Source: a virus. From it: a stretch of DNA of 64,000 nt. A program made the translations under genes and the position numbers. The notes beneath the pieces were generated by a model, which did no database searches, was not told where the DNA came from, and saw nothing but the letters and a program-made list of their open reading frames with translations. This document shows positions 44,972-54,901 of this stretch, piece after piece; the first letter of the stretch is position 1, and the number at the start of each line of letters is the position of its first letter. The stretch is taken from IMG/VR virus record IMGVR_UViG_3300036719_006047, positions 64,001 through 128,000 of that record; one strand, written 5' to 3'.

Positions 44972-45070
44972 CGACAGAGATACCGTTAGAGATTATCAAT
45001 CGCTTGATAGCAAGCAGACCGAAGGAGTGACCGCATGACCCGCTCCCTGTTCCCTTTCCTGGCTGTCGTT
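44972..45070 (+). repeat. 99-bp direct repeat, copy 2
   Basis: Contains a remnant gene end (TEIPLEIINRLIASRPKE*), RBS and the first 12 codons of 45035. Confidence 0.95.
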
Positions 45071-46855
45071 GCTGGGTGCAACTCGAAGCAAGTCATTGAA
45101 GACGCGCAGTGCTCTGATGAGGAGCAGGGCATGTTTATGGCGTGCCTTTCCTCAGGGTGTTCCGCCTCCTACGCGCAGGACCTCAGCGGCGCGGACTCCT
45201 GTTCGGTCGAAGGTGGCGGTACAGTTGTCTCAGTCGAAGCTGGCGGAGAGTGTGGTTTTACGTCTTCCGGCTCATGCTACGTCTTGTGTGATTGCCCCGA
45301 TGGAGTGGGCGTAGAGTTCAACACCGCGGACCGAGAACCGCAAGAATCTCCTTCTGAGTATGAAGGCGACATGGCAGGAGAGTGCTCAGACAGGGCAGAC
45401 AATGATCGAGATGGCCTGTACGACTGCAACGATCCCGACTGCGAGGGAAGCCCGGACTGCGCGGAAAGTGTGGACACTGCGGATAGTTCGGAGGAACCCG
45501 GCACGGAGGACACTGGCGCTCCGGAAGACACAGGAGAAACTGGGGGAGAAGACCCTGCAGTAGACGCCGACGGTGACGGGTACACCGTGGGCGACGGAGA
45601 CTGCAACGACCGCAATCCGGCGATCAACCCCTCCTCCACGGATATCGTCGGCGACCTGATCGATCAGAACTGCGACGGGATTGACGGCACCGACATGGAC
45701 CGCGATGGGTTTGCTTCCGAAGCCAGCGGCGGCAGCGACTGCGACGACTTCGACGCAGTGATCAACCCCAACTACGGAATTTGGGATGAGACGGATTACG
45801 TAGATTCAAACTGTGACGGAGAGGACGGTCTGAACTGGACATACAAATCATTAACGCTTTCTCACCTGTACATCCGGAATACGGGTGACTTTGACGGAGA
45901 CTCTAAAACTGATTTAGTTCTGTACGAAACAAGAACAGGGGATGTATGTATAATTTTCGGCTCATCTCTATCTTCTTCTGCTGTCAGTGTGATGACTGCA
46001 TCAGATTGTGATATTCTAACAGATATTGGGGGACAAGAATTTTCTGTCGGCGATGTTGATTCTGACGGAAAAGACGACCTCCTACACAAAAATTATTCGA
46101 CGGGAACCGGATACTTGTTTTACGGGTCCACAATAGCAACATCAACAGCATTATGGTCTGGGTCTAATCACGACATTGTTATTTCTCCCGGTTGGGGGTC
46201 GATCACATATTTTCAGATTATCGAAGACGTCAATGGTGATTCTGTCGATGACATTTTTGTCTACGCATCTTCTTACGTGCACATTCTTGTGTCGCCTTTC
46301 ACTCGTTCGTCTTTGACCGTATCAACAGACAAGCTTGTGTCCTTGACAGGAACCTACGCCTATGACGGGATAACTGTCTTACCACTGGATCTAAACTACA
46401 ACGGTAAAATGGATTTTCTATTTGATCGAGGCTATGCGGATGTGAGTACCAGCAAACGAAATTTCTCGACATTTTTCCCAACAGGTGTGTTGCCTGATAT
46501 TGATGGGGACGGAAACAAAGAAATAACAGACGGAAATTGCGTTCAGAACGCTAGCAACTACTCAGACAGTTCTTTTTGTGACTACTACGTAAGCTACACA
46601 TTGACCGCGCGGCAACTGGCAGATTTTGATGGAGACGGACTTGCAGACGACTACTTCTACTGTTCTGTGATCCACTCAACATATTACGACTGCTACATTA
46701 AGAAAGACATTCTGTTGGCGCCGGGCTCAAATGTACACATCCACGGAGCTCACGCTAACGAGAACTATTTCTTCTCTGGTGACTTTAACGGAGATGGAAA
46801 GGACGAGATCGTTGCGTCTGATGGCAGTAGCAGCAATATAATCGGATTCAGGTAA
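45035..46855 (+). CDS. Lipoprotein with MopE-type metal-binding repeats and FG-GAP/VCBS-like repeats
   Basis: Lipobox VAG-C; DADGDGY..GDGDCND.NPAINP....DQNCDG; GDFDGD, GDVDSDG, ADFDGDG, GDFNGDG. Confidence 0.88.
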   Translation: MTRSLFPFLAVVAGCNSKQVIEDAQCSDEEQGMFMACLSSGCSASYAQDLSGADSCSVEGGGTVVSVEAGGECGFTSSGSCYVLCDCPDGVGVEFNTADREPQESPSEYEGDMAGECSDRADNDRDGLYDCNDPDCEGSPDCAESVDTADSSEEPGTEDTGAPEDTGETGGEDPAVDADGDGYTVGDGDCNDRNPAINPSSTDIVGDLIDQNCDGIDGTDMDRDGFASEASGGSDCDDFDAVINPNYGIWDETDYVDSNCDGEDGLNWTYKSLTLSHLYIRNTGDFDGDSKTDLVLYETRTGDVCIIFGSSLSSSAVSVMTASDCDILTDIGGQEFSVGDVDSDGKDDLLHKNYSTGTGYLFYGSTIATSTALWSGSNHDIVISPGWGSITYFQIIEDVNGDSVDDIFVYASSYVHILVSPFTRSSLTVSTDKLVSLTGTYAYDGITVLPLDLNYNGKMDFLFDRGYADVSTSKRNFSTFFPTGVLPDIDGDGNKEITDGNCVQNASNYSDSSFCDYYVSYTLTARQLADFDGDGLADDYFYCSVIHSTYYDCYIKKDILLAPGSNVHIHGAHANENYFFSGDFNGDGKDEIVASDGSSSNIIGFR

Positions 46856-46907
46856 CAAGAGAACAACACAGGCTGAATGCTTAATTACAGCACATTGGAG
46901 GTAAAAA

Positions 46908-48065
46908 ATGCTTTTGTCGCTGTTCGTAGTGCTGTCCCTGTCCGCACAGGCGAGAGATATCACACACTACTTTGCCGCTTGCAAAGACGGTTCACTGCAC
47001 TACGTAGGGCACGAAAAAGAAATGACTTTTGAGGATGCAGAGAGAAGCGGGTGGTCTCTCTGTGATATGTTTATTTTGTCAGATAGAGGCGAAAATAACT
47101 ACAGAGGAATATACAGCAGGCAGGCGCCGCACAATGATTACAAGAAGATTTTTTATGAGCTGACTTTAGCCTACGAAAAGAAAGTTTACTTAGAGATACA
47201 GGAAAAGATTGCTTACAGAGAGCAGCAGAAAAGGCTGGAGGATGAGCGCAAAGCTGATTTAGAATTAGAAGAGAGGCGAGATTGTTCCCGAAAGAAAACA
47301 AAACCCGCAATAGTTTATGCCTGCCCTTTGGGCTCTTATGCTTTACACCCTTCAAACTGTGAAGTTGTCATAGGTCACGTTTCTACGGGCGCTCATGCGG
47401 TTGAACTCGATACAGGAATAAAAATACTTCCAGAAGGCCAGTCTTGTCAAATTTCAGGAAAAACTATTGATAGTGCTTACTTAGACGAAGCTTTGCTGTG
47501 TTCTGTAAACAACAACTGTTCTCGCAATGTTGTTCCTCTGACTATAAGTGTGGATTTAAAGGAACCGCTCAAAAAAGCAAAGGAAGATTGGTCCAGAGCT
47601 GACCAAGAAAACGAAAAGAAAAAAACATATGATTGTCTCGCTGGTGTGTGTTTAAATGCGCCCGCATCAAGTATTTCTTCTAAGTTAGTCACAGTTTCAG
47701 AAGTGGTCATGCACAGAGCGGTAGAAGTTTGCTCTGGTCGAATCGTTCGCATCAGACTGTGGGCAGGTTGGGTCGAAGAGGGCTATGGGGGTTGGGTAGA
47801 CGTTCTACCAGGTGCGCAACACAAAGGTTACAACTACGGCGCGGAAAAAGCGAACAATCACATGGTTCAAATGGATAGTGAATTGGCAAAAATGGGGTGG
47901 GTAGTCGGCTGGCACAAGGAAAGACGAGTACACCCAAGCAAAATGGGTTGGCGTATAATAGAAAGCGCAGAAGGAGGCAACGGCGGAAGTTGGTTAGTAA
48001 GCCTTGAGTCGATTCATGCCGACCACCTTACCCTTTGCGAGCAAAAACGACAAGAGGGACTTTAG
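46908..48065 (+). CDS. Secreted protein with C-terminal YDCLAGVCLN domain
   Basis: Signal peptide; GGAGG RBS; AT-rich codons. Confidence 0.8.
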   Translation: MLLSLFVVLSLSAQARDITHYFAACKDGSLHYVGHEKEMTFEDAERSGWSLCDMFILSDRGENNYRGIYSRQAPHNDYKKIFYELTLAYEKKVYLEIQEKIAYREQQKRLEDERKADLELEERRDCSRKKTKPAIVYACPLGSYALHPSNCEVVIGHVSTGAHAVELDTGIKILPEGQSCQISGKTIDSAYLDEALLCSVNNNCSRNVVPLTISVDLKEPLKKAKEDWSRADQENEKKKTYDCLAGVCLNAPASSISSKLVTVSEVVMHRAVEVCSGRIVRIRLWAGWVEEGYGGWVDVLPGAQHKGYNYGAEKANNHMVQMDSELAKMGWVVGWHKERRVHPSKMGWRIIESAEGGNGGSWLVSLESIHADHLTLCEQKRQEGL

Positions 48066-48138
48066 GTTAGACCTTGTGCAAGCGAGGAGGGCTCGGAGCT
48101 TACTTTGACATCAACAAAACGTTTGCGGGGAAGAAGTA

Positions 48139-49239
48139 ATGCAGTACGTCATGATACCTTTCGCGTTCGACACGCGCGTGAAGCCAGAAGCTCTCTACAA
48201 CAACAGCATCCAGCCTGAAGCCAAGATGGACTTCTTCCCGGCGAAGGTTGTCGGATTCTGTATCGACCCGGGCAAGAAGATTGAGGTGATTGTCGAAGCC
48301 ATCATCGACACCAGCCAAACCCAGACGGGTCGGTTCTACGACGTGCCGTTGAGCTTCCTGGGGAACGACAGGGAAGCAGGCATGTCCTACGACAACCTTG
48401 CTCCCGACACGAAAGAAGTGCCCTTCTACACAGCCGAGACTTGGGTGAGGATGGTCAACGTCTACCGCGAGGGCCGAGTTATTGAAGGAAACAGGGTAGG
48501 AAGCCTCACCTGGAACTACGCAGACGTGACGCTCAACATCGTGGTCACGTCAGCAGGAACAGTCATCATCGCCCCGCCCCACAAGATCACAGTCGGTTAT
48601 CACCCGACTTTTCTGCCGTCTTGGATGCGGAAGCGTTACGATGACAGCCAATTTCCTCTCGAGCTGACTCGAGTGTATGACCCGCCGAAGAAGAAGGCTG
48701 AAGAAGCAAGAAAACTTGCTGTTCGTGCTCTGGAGTCCGACGAAGGTTGGAGGTCTCACGGCTTAGGGCTTATCCAGAAGTATGTAGACGGTCTTCGTGT
48801 TCATGTCTGGTCGAAGGGCGACGTGAAGATCGGGCTCAACGGAGGCATCCACAACCACCGCTACTCGCTCAACAGCATCGTGGTTCTGGGCGTCATCACG
48901 CAGGAGGAGTGGGAAGCTACAGAAAATCCGAAAGGGATGTGGTCGGAGTTCCGCCACGACAACGCTACCTGGGAAGTAGAGTTTACGGGGAAGAGGTATG
49001 ACTTGACCCCAAGGACGCAAGATATTTACGCAGGTCAGATGTACTCTTTCCCGCGTCACTGCTTCCATCGCACACTTCCCAGAAGCGAGATTGCAATTAC
49101 AGTGGTGGACCGGGAAGGTGTTGAGGGCAAGTCTTGTGCTTTGGCTCCTTTGGGGGTCAACATCGTCAACGGGCAGTCGATTGAGCTGGACGTAAAGAAG
49201 ATTGTCAGCTCGGCTCGAAAGCACCTGGGGGTAAAGTGA
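48139..49239 (+). CDS. Hypothetical protein with C-terminal cupin-like domain
   Basis: IHNHRYSL.S.V..G ... Y.F....FH. Confidence 0.6.
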   Translation: MQYVMIPFAFDTRVKPEALYNNSIQPEAKMDFFPAKVVGFCIDPGKKIEVIVEAIIDTSQTQTGRFYDVPLSFLGNDREAGMSYDNLAPDTKEVPFYTAETWVRMVNVYREGRVIEGNRVGSLTWNYADVTLNIVVTSAGTVIIAPPHKITVGYHPTFLPSWMRKRYDDSQFPLELTRVYDPPKKKAEEARKLAVRALESDEGWRSHGLGLIQKYVDGLRVHVWSKGDVKIGLNGGIHNHRYSLNSIVVLGVITQEEWEATENPKGMWSEFRHDNATWEVEFTGKRYDLTPRTQDIYAGQMYSFPRHCFHRTLPRSEIAITVVDREGVEGKSCALAPLGVNIVNGQSIELDVKKIVSSARKHLGVK

Positions 49240-49658
49240 GTGCAACGCCCAAGTACCTCTACTGCATCGAAGCCAAGCTGTCCGATAACCGTTGGACCAC
49301 GGTCGTAGGGGAGCAGGACGGGTCACTTGAATACATGCGCGGCCGCTTCGATGCATTTCGAGAGAGGCCAGGCCCGCAACCTGCCTTCCGTCTCTTGCGG
49401 ATGAACGTTAAAGACGCTTCCGCAGGCGCCAAGGTATTGTACGAGATCCACGAAAAAACTGAGCTTTCTGTAGGCGCGATGCCACAAACAGTCGGGTTTC
49501 AGTGGTCGAGGTATGCCAGTGCTGCGGCTGACGCACTTCACACGGCAGCGCATGATGTTCGATATGCGGCCCGAAACAACCCCGAGCTGCAACAGCATCA
49601 CGAAAAACTCATAGCTCTCGCCTCCGAAGTAGAGAGACTTCTGCCGACAAGTGGTTAA
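49236..49658 (+). CDS. Hypothetical protein
   Basis: GTGA overlap, 140 aa. Confidence 0.7.
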   Translation: MSATPKYLYCIEAKLSDNRWTTVVGEQDGSLEYMRGRFDAFRERPGPQPAFRLLRMNVKDASAGAKVLYEIHEKTELSVGAMPQTVGFQWSRYASAAADALHTAAHDVRYAARNNPELQQHHEKLIALASEVERLLPTSG

Positions 49659-49682
49659 GAGGTAAGGCAGAGAGGTATAAGT

Positions 49683-50474
49683 ATGGAAGGCGAAGAAAAT
49701 CTGCTTGAGTCACCTGATTTGACTTTCATTTTGGGTGACACGACGTCAGTGTGTTCGGCGCTACCCGACGAGAGCTTCAGTCTCATACACTCAGACTTGC
49801 CGTTCAATACGGGGAGAGTGCAGAAGGGTAGTGCCGGGCAGTACGAAGACAAGTTTGACGACTTCAGTGCCTGGTTGACGGAACAAGTCACGCTTTACCG
49901 TAGACTTCTGGCTCCGAAAGGTGTGCTTGCTCTACAGCTTGATGACAGAGAGTATGTAACGCTTCGGTCTGTGTGCAACGCAGTTATGGGACCTGAGAAC
50001 TACAGAGGTACGCTGATCTGGCATTACGACACAGGGGGTCTTGCGAAGAACTGGTGGTCGATGAAGCACCAGTACATCGTGCTCTACGGTTCAGGCAAAG
50101 AGGAACCTGTCTTTCACGCAGACCAAGTGCCTCTGGTGCCACGAAAAGCTCTTCCAAAGAAAGTCGTAAACGCGGCCGGAGAAGAGAAGGTTTACGGCGG
50201 AGACAAAAGGCTTTGCTCTGTGTGGAACATGAACTGGTCCACGACAGACCCACAACGGTGCGGTTACCCGAGTCAAAAGCCTTCTTCGCTCGCAGAGACC
50301 TTAATCCGAGTGCATACGAACGAAGGTGATTGGGTGCTTGATCCTTGTTGCGGTTCAGGCACGACAGGCTTCGCGGCTCATGCGCTGCGCAGAAATGCAG
50401 TGATCGTCGACAAAAACCCAGAAGCTCTTCTTTCTGCAAAAGCAAGAGCCAAGAAGAAGCAGGAGACAACGTGA
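49683..50474 (+). CDS. Solitary beta-class N6-adenine/N4-cytosine DNA methyltransferase
   Basis: Motif IV SDLPF(N), YPSQKP, motif I VLDPCCGSGTT. Confidence 0.88.
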   Translation: MEGEENLLESPDLTFILGDTTSVCSALPDESFSLIHSDLPFNTGRVQKGSAGQYEDKFDDFSAWLTEQVTLYRRLLAPKGVLALQLDDREYVTLRSVCNAVMGPENYRGTLIWHYDTGGLAKNWWSMKHQYIVLYGSGKEEPVFHADQVPLVPRKALPKKVVNAAGEEKVYGGDKRLCSVWNMNWSTTDPQRCGYPSQKPSSLAETLIRVHTNEGDWVLDPCCGSGTTGFAAHALRRNAVIVDKNPEALLSAKARAKKKQETT

Positions 50475-50758
50475 ACGCGGCAGAGAAAGTCGCCAAGATC
50501 AGAGAAGCGCAAAAAGATCTATTCCTACAGGAGATGCGGATCAGGGCAGAGATCGAATGGGTAATCAACGAGGAGTTTGGGGCAGAGTACGAATCGTTGG
50601 TTTCCTTGGCCCACATGCAACAAGGAGTTTTGCTCGGAGCGAACAAGATAACTATTTTCTTGTCTACGGGACCCCCTTTAGCTTCGCAGGAAATCCTCCA
50701 GCAAAAGATGAAGAATGTTGAGCAGAAGACTGGAATTCCAACAGTACTTGGGCTGTGA
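50471..50758 (+). CDS. Hypothetical protein
   Basis: AGGAG RBS, GTGA overlap. Confidence 0.7.
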   Translation: MNAAEKVAKIREAQKDLFLQEMRIRAEIEWVINEEFGAEYESLVSLAHMQQGVLLGANKITIFLSTGPPLASQEILQQKMKNVEQKTGIPTVLGL

Positions 50759-50798
50759 CCACGACTGAACCGCAAACACAATAGGCAGGAAGAAAGTT

Positions 50799-51182
50799 AT
50801 GCCGATCTACGTGTGTTCTGATGGCAATGGTGTGCTCGAGATCGAGGCGGATAGCGGGGAAGCAGCCGCCCATGATTACGTCGACGGAGGCGAGTGGGGC
50901 CACAACAACAAAACCTTCTGGATCAACGTCCGCGTCACCGAGAAGGGCACCAACGACACTGAGCTTCACAAGATCGAAGTGGAACCCGAGGAGCCCGAGT
51001 GTGAGGACGGCAACGATCACCACTGGCGTGAGGTTTCGATGAGGGGCAACGCAGGCGGCGTGATTACCACGTCTCGTTGTGTGCATTGTGGCAAGGAAGT
51101 GACAGTGAACACCTGGGATTACGATCCGCAAGATGGACAGCAAGCACTTTGCAGCGTCGAGTACGGGATGCAGGAATGCTGA
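50799..51182 (+). CDS. Hypothetical acidic protein with C..C motif
   Basis: 127 aa. Confidence 0.75.
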   Translation: MPIYVCSDGNGVLEIEADSGEAAAHDYVDGGEWGHNNKTFWINVRVTEKGTNDTELHKIEVEPEEPECEDGNDHHWREVSMRGNAGGVITTSRCVHCGKEVTVNTWDYDPQDGQQALCSVEYGMQEC

Positions 51183-51745
51183 TCGCTTTCTCTGGTAAGA
51201 AGGGAGCAGGCAAGGACACTTGTGCGGTCATCCTCGACTTCATCGCAAAGTCGGAAGGGATGCAGACCTACACTGTTGGCTTTGCTGATGCGATGAAGAG
51301 CATTCTCGGCATGATCTTCCGGGTGAACCCAAAGATCTTTTACGACAACAAGGACACGCCCAACGAAAGCCTCAAAGGCAAGACGCCCAGAGGTGTGCTG
51401 ATCTCTTTCGCCAAGTGGGTGCGGGAGACCAAGGACGACGCTTGGGTGTCTCACGTGCAAGTGGCACTTGAGAGTTTGGGTGGTCCTGACAAGCTCAATA
51501 TGGTGACGGACTTGAGGCACGTCATCGAATACGAGGCTCTTCGAGGCAAAGGAGCCATCCTCGTTCGAGTCATCCGTCCTGGCACGGAGAACGAAGACGA
51601 CATCTCAGAGACCGCGCTCGACGACCACGAGTTCGACTACGTCGTCTACAACAACGGCACAATCTTAGACCTCACGAAGACTCTCCAGAAGTTGTGGCAG
51701 GACATCAAAGACAAGGAGCAGGAACATGCACTTTCTTTCTCCTGA
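51176..51745 (+). CDS. Deoxynucleoside monophosphate kinase
   Basis: FSGKKGAGKDT, FADAMK, TPR, VTDLR...E, SETALD. Confidence 0.88.
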   Translation: MLIAFSGKKGAGKDTCAVILDFIAKSEGMQTYTVGFADAMKSILGMIFRVNPKIFYDNKDTPNESLKGKTPRGVLISFAKWVRETKDDAWVSHVQVALESLGGPDKLNMVTDLRHVIEYEALRGKGAILVRVIRPGTENEDDISETALDDHEFDYVVYNNGTILDLTKTLQKLWQDIKDKEQEHALSFS

Positions 51746-52814
51746 AGAGATTATGGAAAAGTTCGGCGGCACCTTTTCCGCTTCGGAGAAGAAAAGCTTC
51801 TGGAAGTGGCGTGAAGAAGGAAATCAGTTTTTGCAGCCCTTCACAGAGAGGATCGTGCGCTCGCAGCAAATGGGTTTCCCTCGGTCTGCCGACAGCGTGC
51901 TGCGTGATTGGCGAGAGAGCATGCCGCGACCCGATAATGGGTACGCGGAAGCTCGCTTCAAGCGATGGCCGGACTACGCGAAGGACTGCCAAAGAGCAGT
52001 CGTCTTGAGATCTGCCGAGCACTACGACAAAACACATTGCATAGGCTTTGTGACGGCCGACGGCAACGTGAAGCATGAAGTCTTCTTCTGCAAGAAATCA
52101 GGAAGACACTGGAACCGAAAACTCGGTCATTCCAAGCATCACGCTTGGCTCGACGTAGAAGCAACCAGAAGGAATATCACAACCGAGGAAAGGACGACGC
52201 AGGAAAGGCGGAGCTTCTTCGATCTGTTCCCGTCTGCGTGTTCTCGAGAAATCAAGTTCAAAGCCCTTCATTCCTTGGGCGGGTGGGCTTGTTTTCTTCC
52301 GACGGACGAAGGCATGGCCATCGAGGGTGGATTCTTGCCTTGCCCAGAGCCACACAGGCCCAAGGGTGTTTATCTCTACCAGCTACGAAGCAAGAAGTAC
52401 GCGAGAAGCAATGAGTTCAACGAGATGCTGTGGGGCTGGCGGTACGCTTCGCCTGAGATCACAGAAGAAGAGCTCAAAGCTGCCTCGCTGTTCCGCCCTC
52501 CCACACCAGAGCAGGAAAGAGCAGAGTTTTACACCCGAGGGCAACTGGAAGAGCTTGCGACCAAGCTCGGAGTTGAAGCCGCGGTCAACGCGAATGGTTG
52601 GTTGCAGTTGACGTGGAAAGGCATTTACGGCAAGTACATCTTGGGCGTTGTTGTGGACGGCAAGACTCACCTAACGGAAGAAAGAGAAGTGCTTGACCTG
52701 CTCGAGAAAGAGTTGAACGCTTCTACCGAAAAAGCGAAAGCCGACATCGCCAAGTTGCAGGAAGGTCTTTCTGGTGACCTGAGTTTGCTCGAAAAGATTC
52801 GATCTTTGCGTTAG
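51726..52814 (+). CDS. Hypothetical protein
   Basis: AGGA RBS, 362 aa. Confidence 0.75.
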   Translation: MHFLSPEEIMEKFGGTFSASEKKSFWKWREEGNQFLQPFTERIVRSQQMGFPRSADSVLRDWRESMPRPDNGYAEARFKRWPDYAKDCQRAVVLRSAEHYDKTHCIGFVTADGNVKHEVFFCKKSGRHWNRKLGHSKHHAWLDVEATRRNITTEERTTQERRSFFDLFPSACSREIKFKALHSLGGWACFLPTDEGMAIEGGFLPCPEPHRPKGVYLYQLRSKKYARSNEFNEMLWGWRYASPEITEEELKAASLFRPPTPEQERAEFYTRGQLEELATKLGVEAAVNANGWLQLTWKGIYGKYILGVVVDGKTHLTEEREVLDLLEKELNASTEKAKADIAKLQEGLSGDLSLLEKIRSLR

Positions 52815-52839
52815 TCTGTACGAGCACTCTGGAGGTCCC

Positions 52840-53082
52840 GTGGCGAAAGCGAACTACATCTTCCTCTTGGAACGTCTCGAAGGGGGGACGTGGGATTCAG
52901 TGTACGAAGTAGTCGCAATCGGACCAGACGAAGAGACTGTTCGTGAGATGGTGCTCGAAAAGTTTGATTACGACCCAAGCAGGTGGCCCACCTGGGAAAG
53001 CGGTGTCGAGGTGAAGAAAGTCGGAATCGCCTTCCCAGGTGAGGGGCCTCGCATACTCACCTACTACCAAACGCATGGATGA
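52840..53082 (+). CDS. Hypothetical protein
   Basis: GGAGGT RBS, 80 aa. Confidence 0.75.
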   Translation: MAKANYIFLLERLEGGTWDSVYEVVAIGPDEETVREMVLEKFDYDPSRWPTWESGVEVKKVGIAFPGEGPRILTYYQTHG

Positions 53083-53608
53083 AACAATGGCAAAGTACAA
53101 GTTCACGATCGAGATTGACGAAGAGATGCTTCAGCTGATGCTCGAAGCGCTCGAGTTCTACGAGCGTGTCGTGGGGCTCGGGCAGATCGAAGAGGTCGGT
53201 TACGCCTACAGGATCAAAAAGAAACTCACGACTTCTTGGACAGAGCACAACGAGAGGATGAAGATCGCGGATCTCGCGCTCGACACGTTCAAGATGGCCG
53301 TTGTCGGAATGCCGCGGAACCAAAGCCACGGTATCTACAGCCCCGAGGTGAACGACAACATCAAGAAGATGTACGACATGTACAAGACCTTGCGCAAGAG
53401 CCTTGCAGAGTCCCGATTGCGCGAGGCGATCGAAGCAGGGAACACAGAAACTGCCAACCACTTGAGGATGACGGTAGACATGCAAGGCTTCAGCGGCGTC
53501 TACTTCTCAGAGCCGCCCGTGCATGTCAGTTTCGTGCCCATGGCGCAAGAATCTCAGGCCGAGCCCGAAGAGGTGAACGATGCAACTCCCGAAGAAGTCG
53601 AACCTTGA
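53075..53608 (+). CDS. Hypothetical protein
   Basis: 177 aa. Confidence 0.75.
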   Translation: MDETMAKYKFTIEIDEEMLQLMLEALEFYERVVGLGQIEEVGYAYRIKKKLTTSWTEHNERMKIADLALDTFKMAVVGMPRNQSHGIYSPEVNDNIKKMYDMYKTLRKSLAESRLREAIEAGNTETANHLRMTVDMQGFSGVYFSEPPVHVSFVPMAQESQAEPEEVNDATPEEVEP

Positions 53609-53825
53609 CGCTTACGTGCTTCGAGGCCGAGATCCAAACCAGTTAGACGCTTCCTTTTGGGAGGGACAAGAAGCAGCAAAGAACGCGCTCAAGCCATTCC
53701 GAGATGTTCGGTATGAGCTTCTGAGAGTGCAGGTAAACGACAACGTGGTTTGGGCTCTCGACCAAGTGTGGGTCACACTACCCACAGGCAAAGTCAACTA
53801 CATTCCCGAGGTGGATGATGCGTGA
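53580..53825 (+). CDS. Hypothetical protein
   Basis: GAGGT RBS. Confidence 0.6.
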   Translation: MQLPKKSNLDAYVLRGRDPNQLDASFWEGQEAAKNALKPFRDVRYELLRVQVNDNVVWALDQVWVTLPTGKVNYIPEVDDA

Positions 53826-54009
53826 CGACGATATGAAGTTTCAGGATCCGGGCGGTCGCTCTGCTCTGCGCCGGGCAAGCAAGAGCAATCCGAGAAAGTA
53901 TCCTTGTCCGACCTGCAAACAGCCTGACCGACTGACCCCTGCGGATGTTCGGCTTGGTTACCAGTGCGATACTTGTGCAGACAAGTTGGAGATGGGATGG
54001 GACTACTGA
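53815..54009 (+). CDS. Small zinc-finger protein
   Basis: CPTC...CDTC. Confidence 0.7.
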   Translation: MMRDDDMKFQDPGGRSALRRASKSNPRKYPCPTCKQPDRLTPADVRLGYQCDTCADKLEMGWDY

Positions 54010-54167
54010 AAAAGGTGTTTGTGTGGTGCACTCGATGCCACGGTTCGGGTATCTCCTACACGACGCCCGGCAACAAGCCTGCCGATGGGCCTGATGATTG
54101 CCCTGCCTGCAGAGGCATGGGTCAAGTCGAGCAGCTTGTCGACGAAACAGACCCGGAACAAGATTGA
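53997..54167 (+). CDS. Small DnaJ-type zinc-finger protein
   Basis: CTRCHGSG...CPACRGMG. Confidence 0.65.
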   Translation: MGLLKKVFVWCTRCHGSGISYTTPGNKPADGPDDCPACRGMGQVEQLVDETDPEQD

Positions 54168-54628
54168 GTGTGAAAAAGCTGTTCGCGACGGGTGTGCACG
54201 AGCCCGTTGCGAACATACTTCCCGGTAAGTTCTTCTATTGCAGCATGTCCTTTTCGTATGCGGCGCTACGCGAGTACCCGAAGCTGACTGAGCAGCTCAC
54301 TCGAATGAGCGATGGCTTGCAACAGCCGAAAGTATCCTTCTGGCGAGAAGACCTCGAGCCAGGAGGTCACTTCGGGCCGACGCGAATGCACGTAGATGGG
54401 AAAGGGGACATTTCTGAGATCCACAGATTGTTTATCGTAGGCGGGCTTCCCACCGAAGCACACGACGGAAGCTTGTTACAGACAGGAGCTGTGTGGGAAT
54501 ACTCAGGTGACTTTGTTCACCGCGGCTTACCCGTCACGCAACCTTGTCAGCGCCTGATGCTGAGAGTGTCACAAACAACAATGCACACGAGGGAGACGTT
54601 TTGCTTGAGAACAAAGCACAAGAAGTGA
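54164..54628 (+). CDS. Hypothetical protein, possibly a double-stranded beta-helix fold
   Basis: MHVDG ... HRG...R.MLR pattern. Confidence 0.55.
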   Translation: MSVKKLFATGVHEPVANILPGKFFYCSMSFSYAALREYPKLTEQLTRMSDGLQQPKVSFWREDLEPGGHFGPTRMHVDGKGDISEIHRLFIVGGLPTEAHDGSLLQTGAVWEYSGDFVHRGLPVTQPCQRLMLRVSQTTMHTRETFCLRTKHKK

Positions 54629-54900
54629 AGAAGGAACTGCAAAAGCTTGTTCCTGACGCCGAGGTCGAGATCTCAGAGACAACGGACAAGGAAGAGTACG
54701 CTTACCTGATAATCTCGGCGGACTACGTTATCGAAGACGAAGTCAGCGTCATTTTGGGCTATGCCAAAGAAGACGAAAGCTTCTTCGTGGGATTGGATGA
54801 CGGGTACAATTCAGACGAGGATGAGCAAAGTATTTTGTTTATCACTGTGAAGGATGAAGTTGTCGTTCCCGTTGCGGTCCGTTTCCTGGTAGGAGAGTGA
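54625..54900 (+). CDS. Hypothetical acidic protein
   Basis: GTGA overlap. Confidence 0.65.
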   Translation: MKKELQKLVPDAEVEISETTDKEEYAYLIISADYVIEDEVSVILGYAKEDESFFVGLDDGYNSDEDEQSILFITVKDEVVVPVAVRFLVGE

Positions 54901-54901
54901 T

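Noticed and set aside
48850-48870. HNH endonuclease suggested by IHNHRY
   Set aside because: No beta-beta-alpha-metal spacing; the context fits a cupin-like metal site better.
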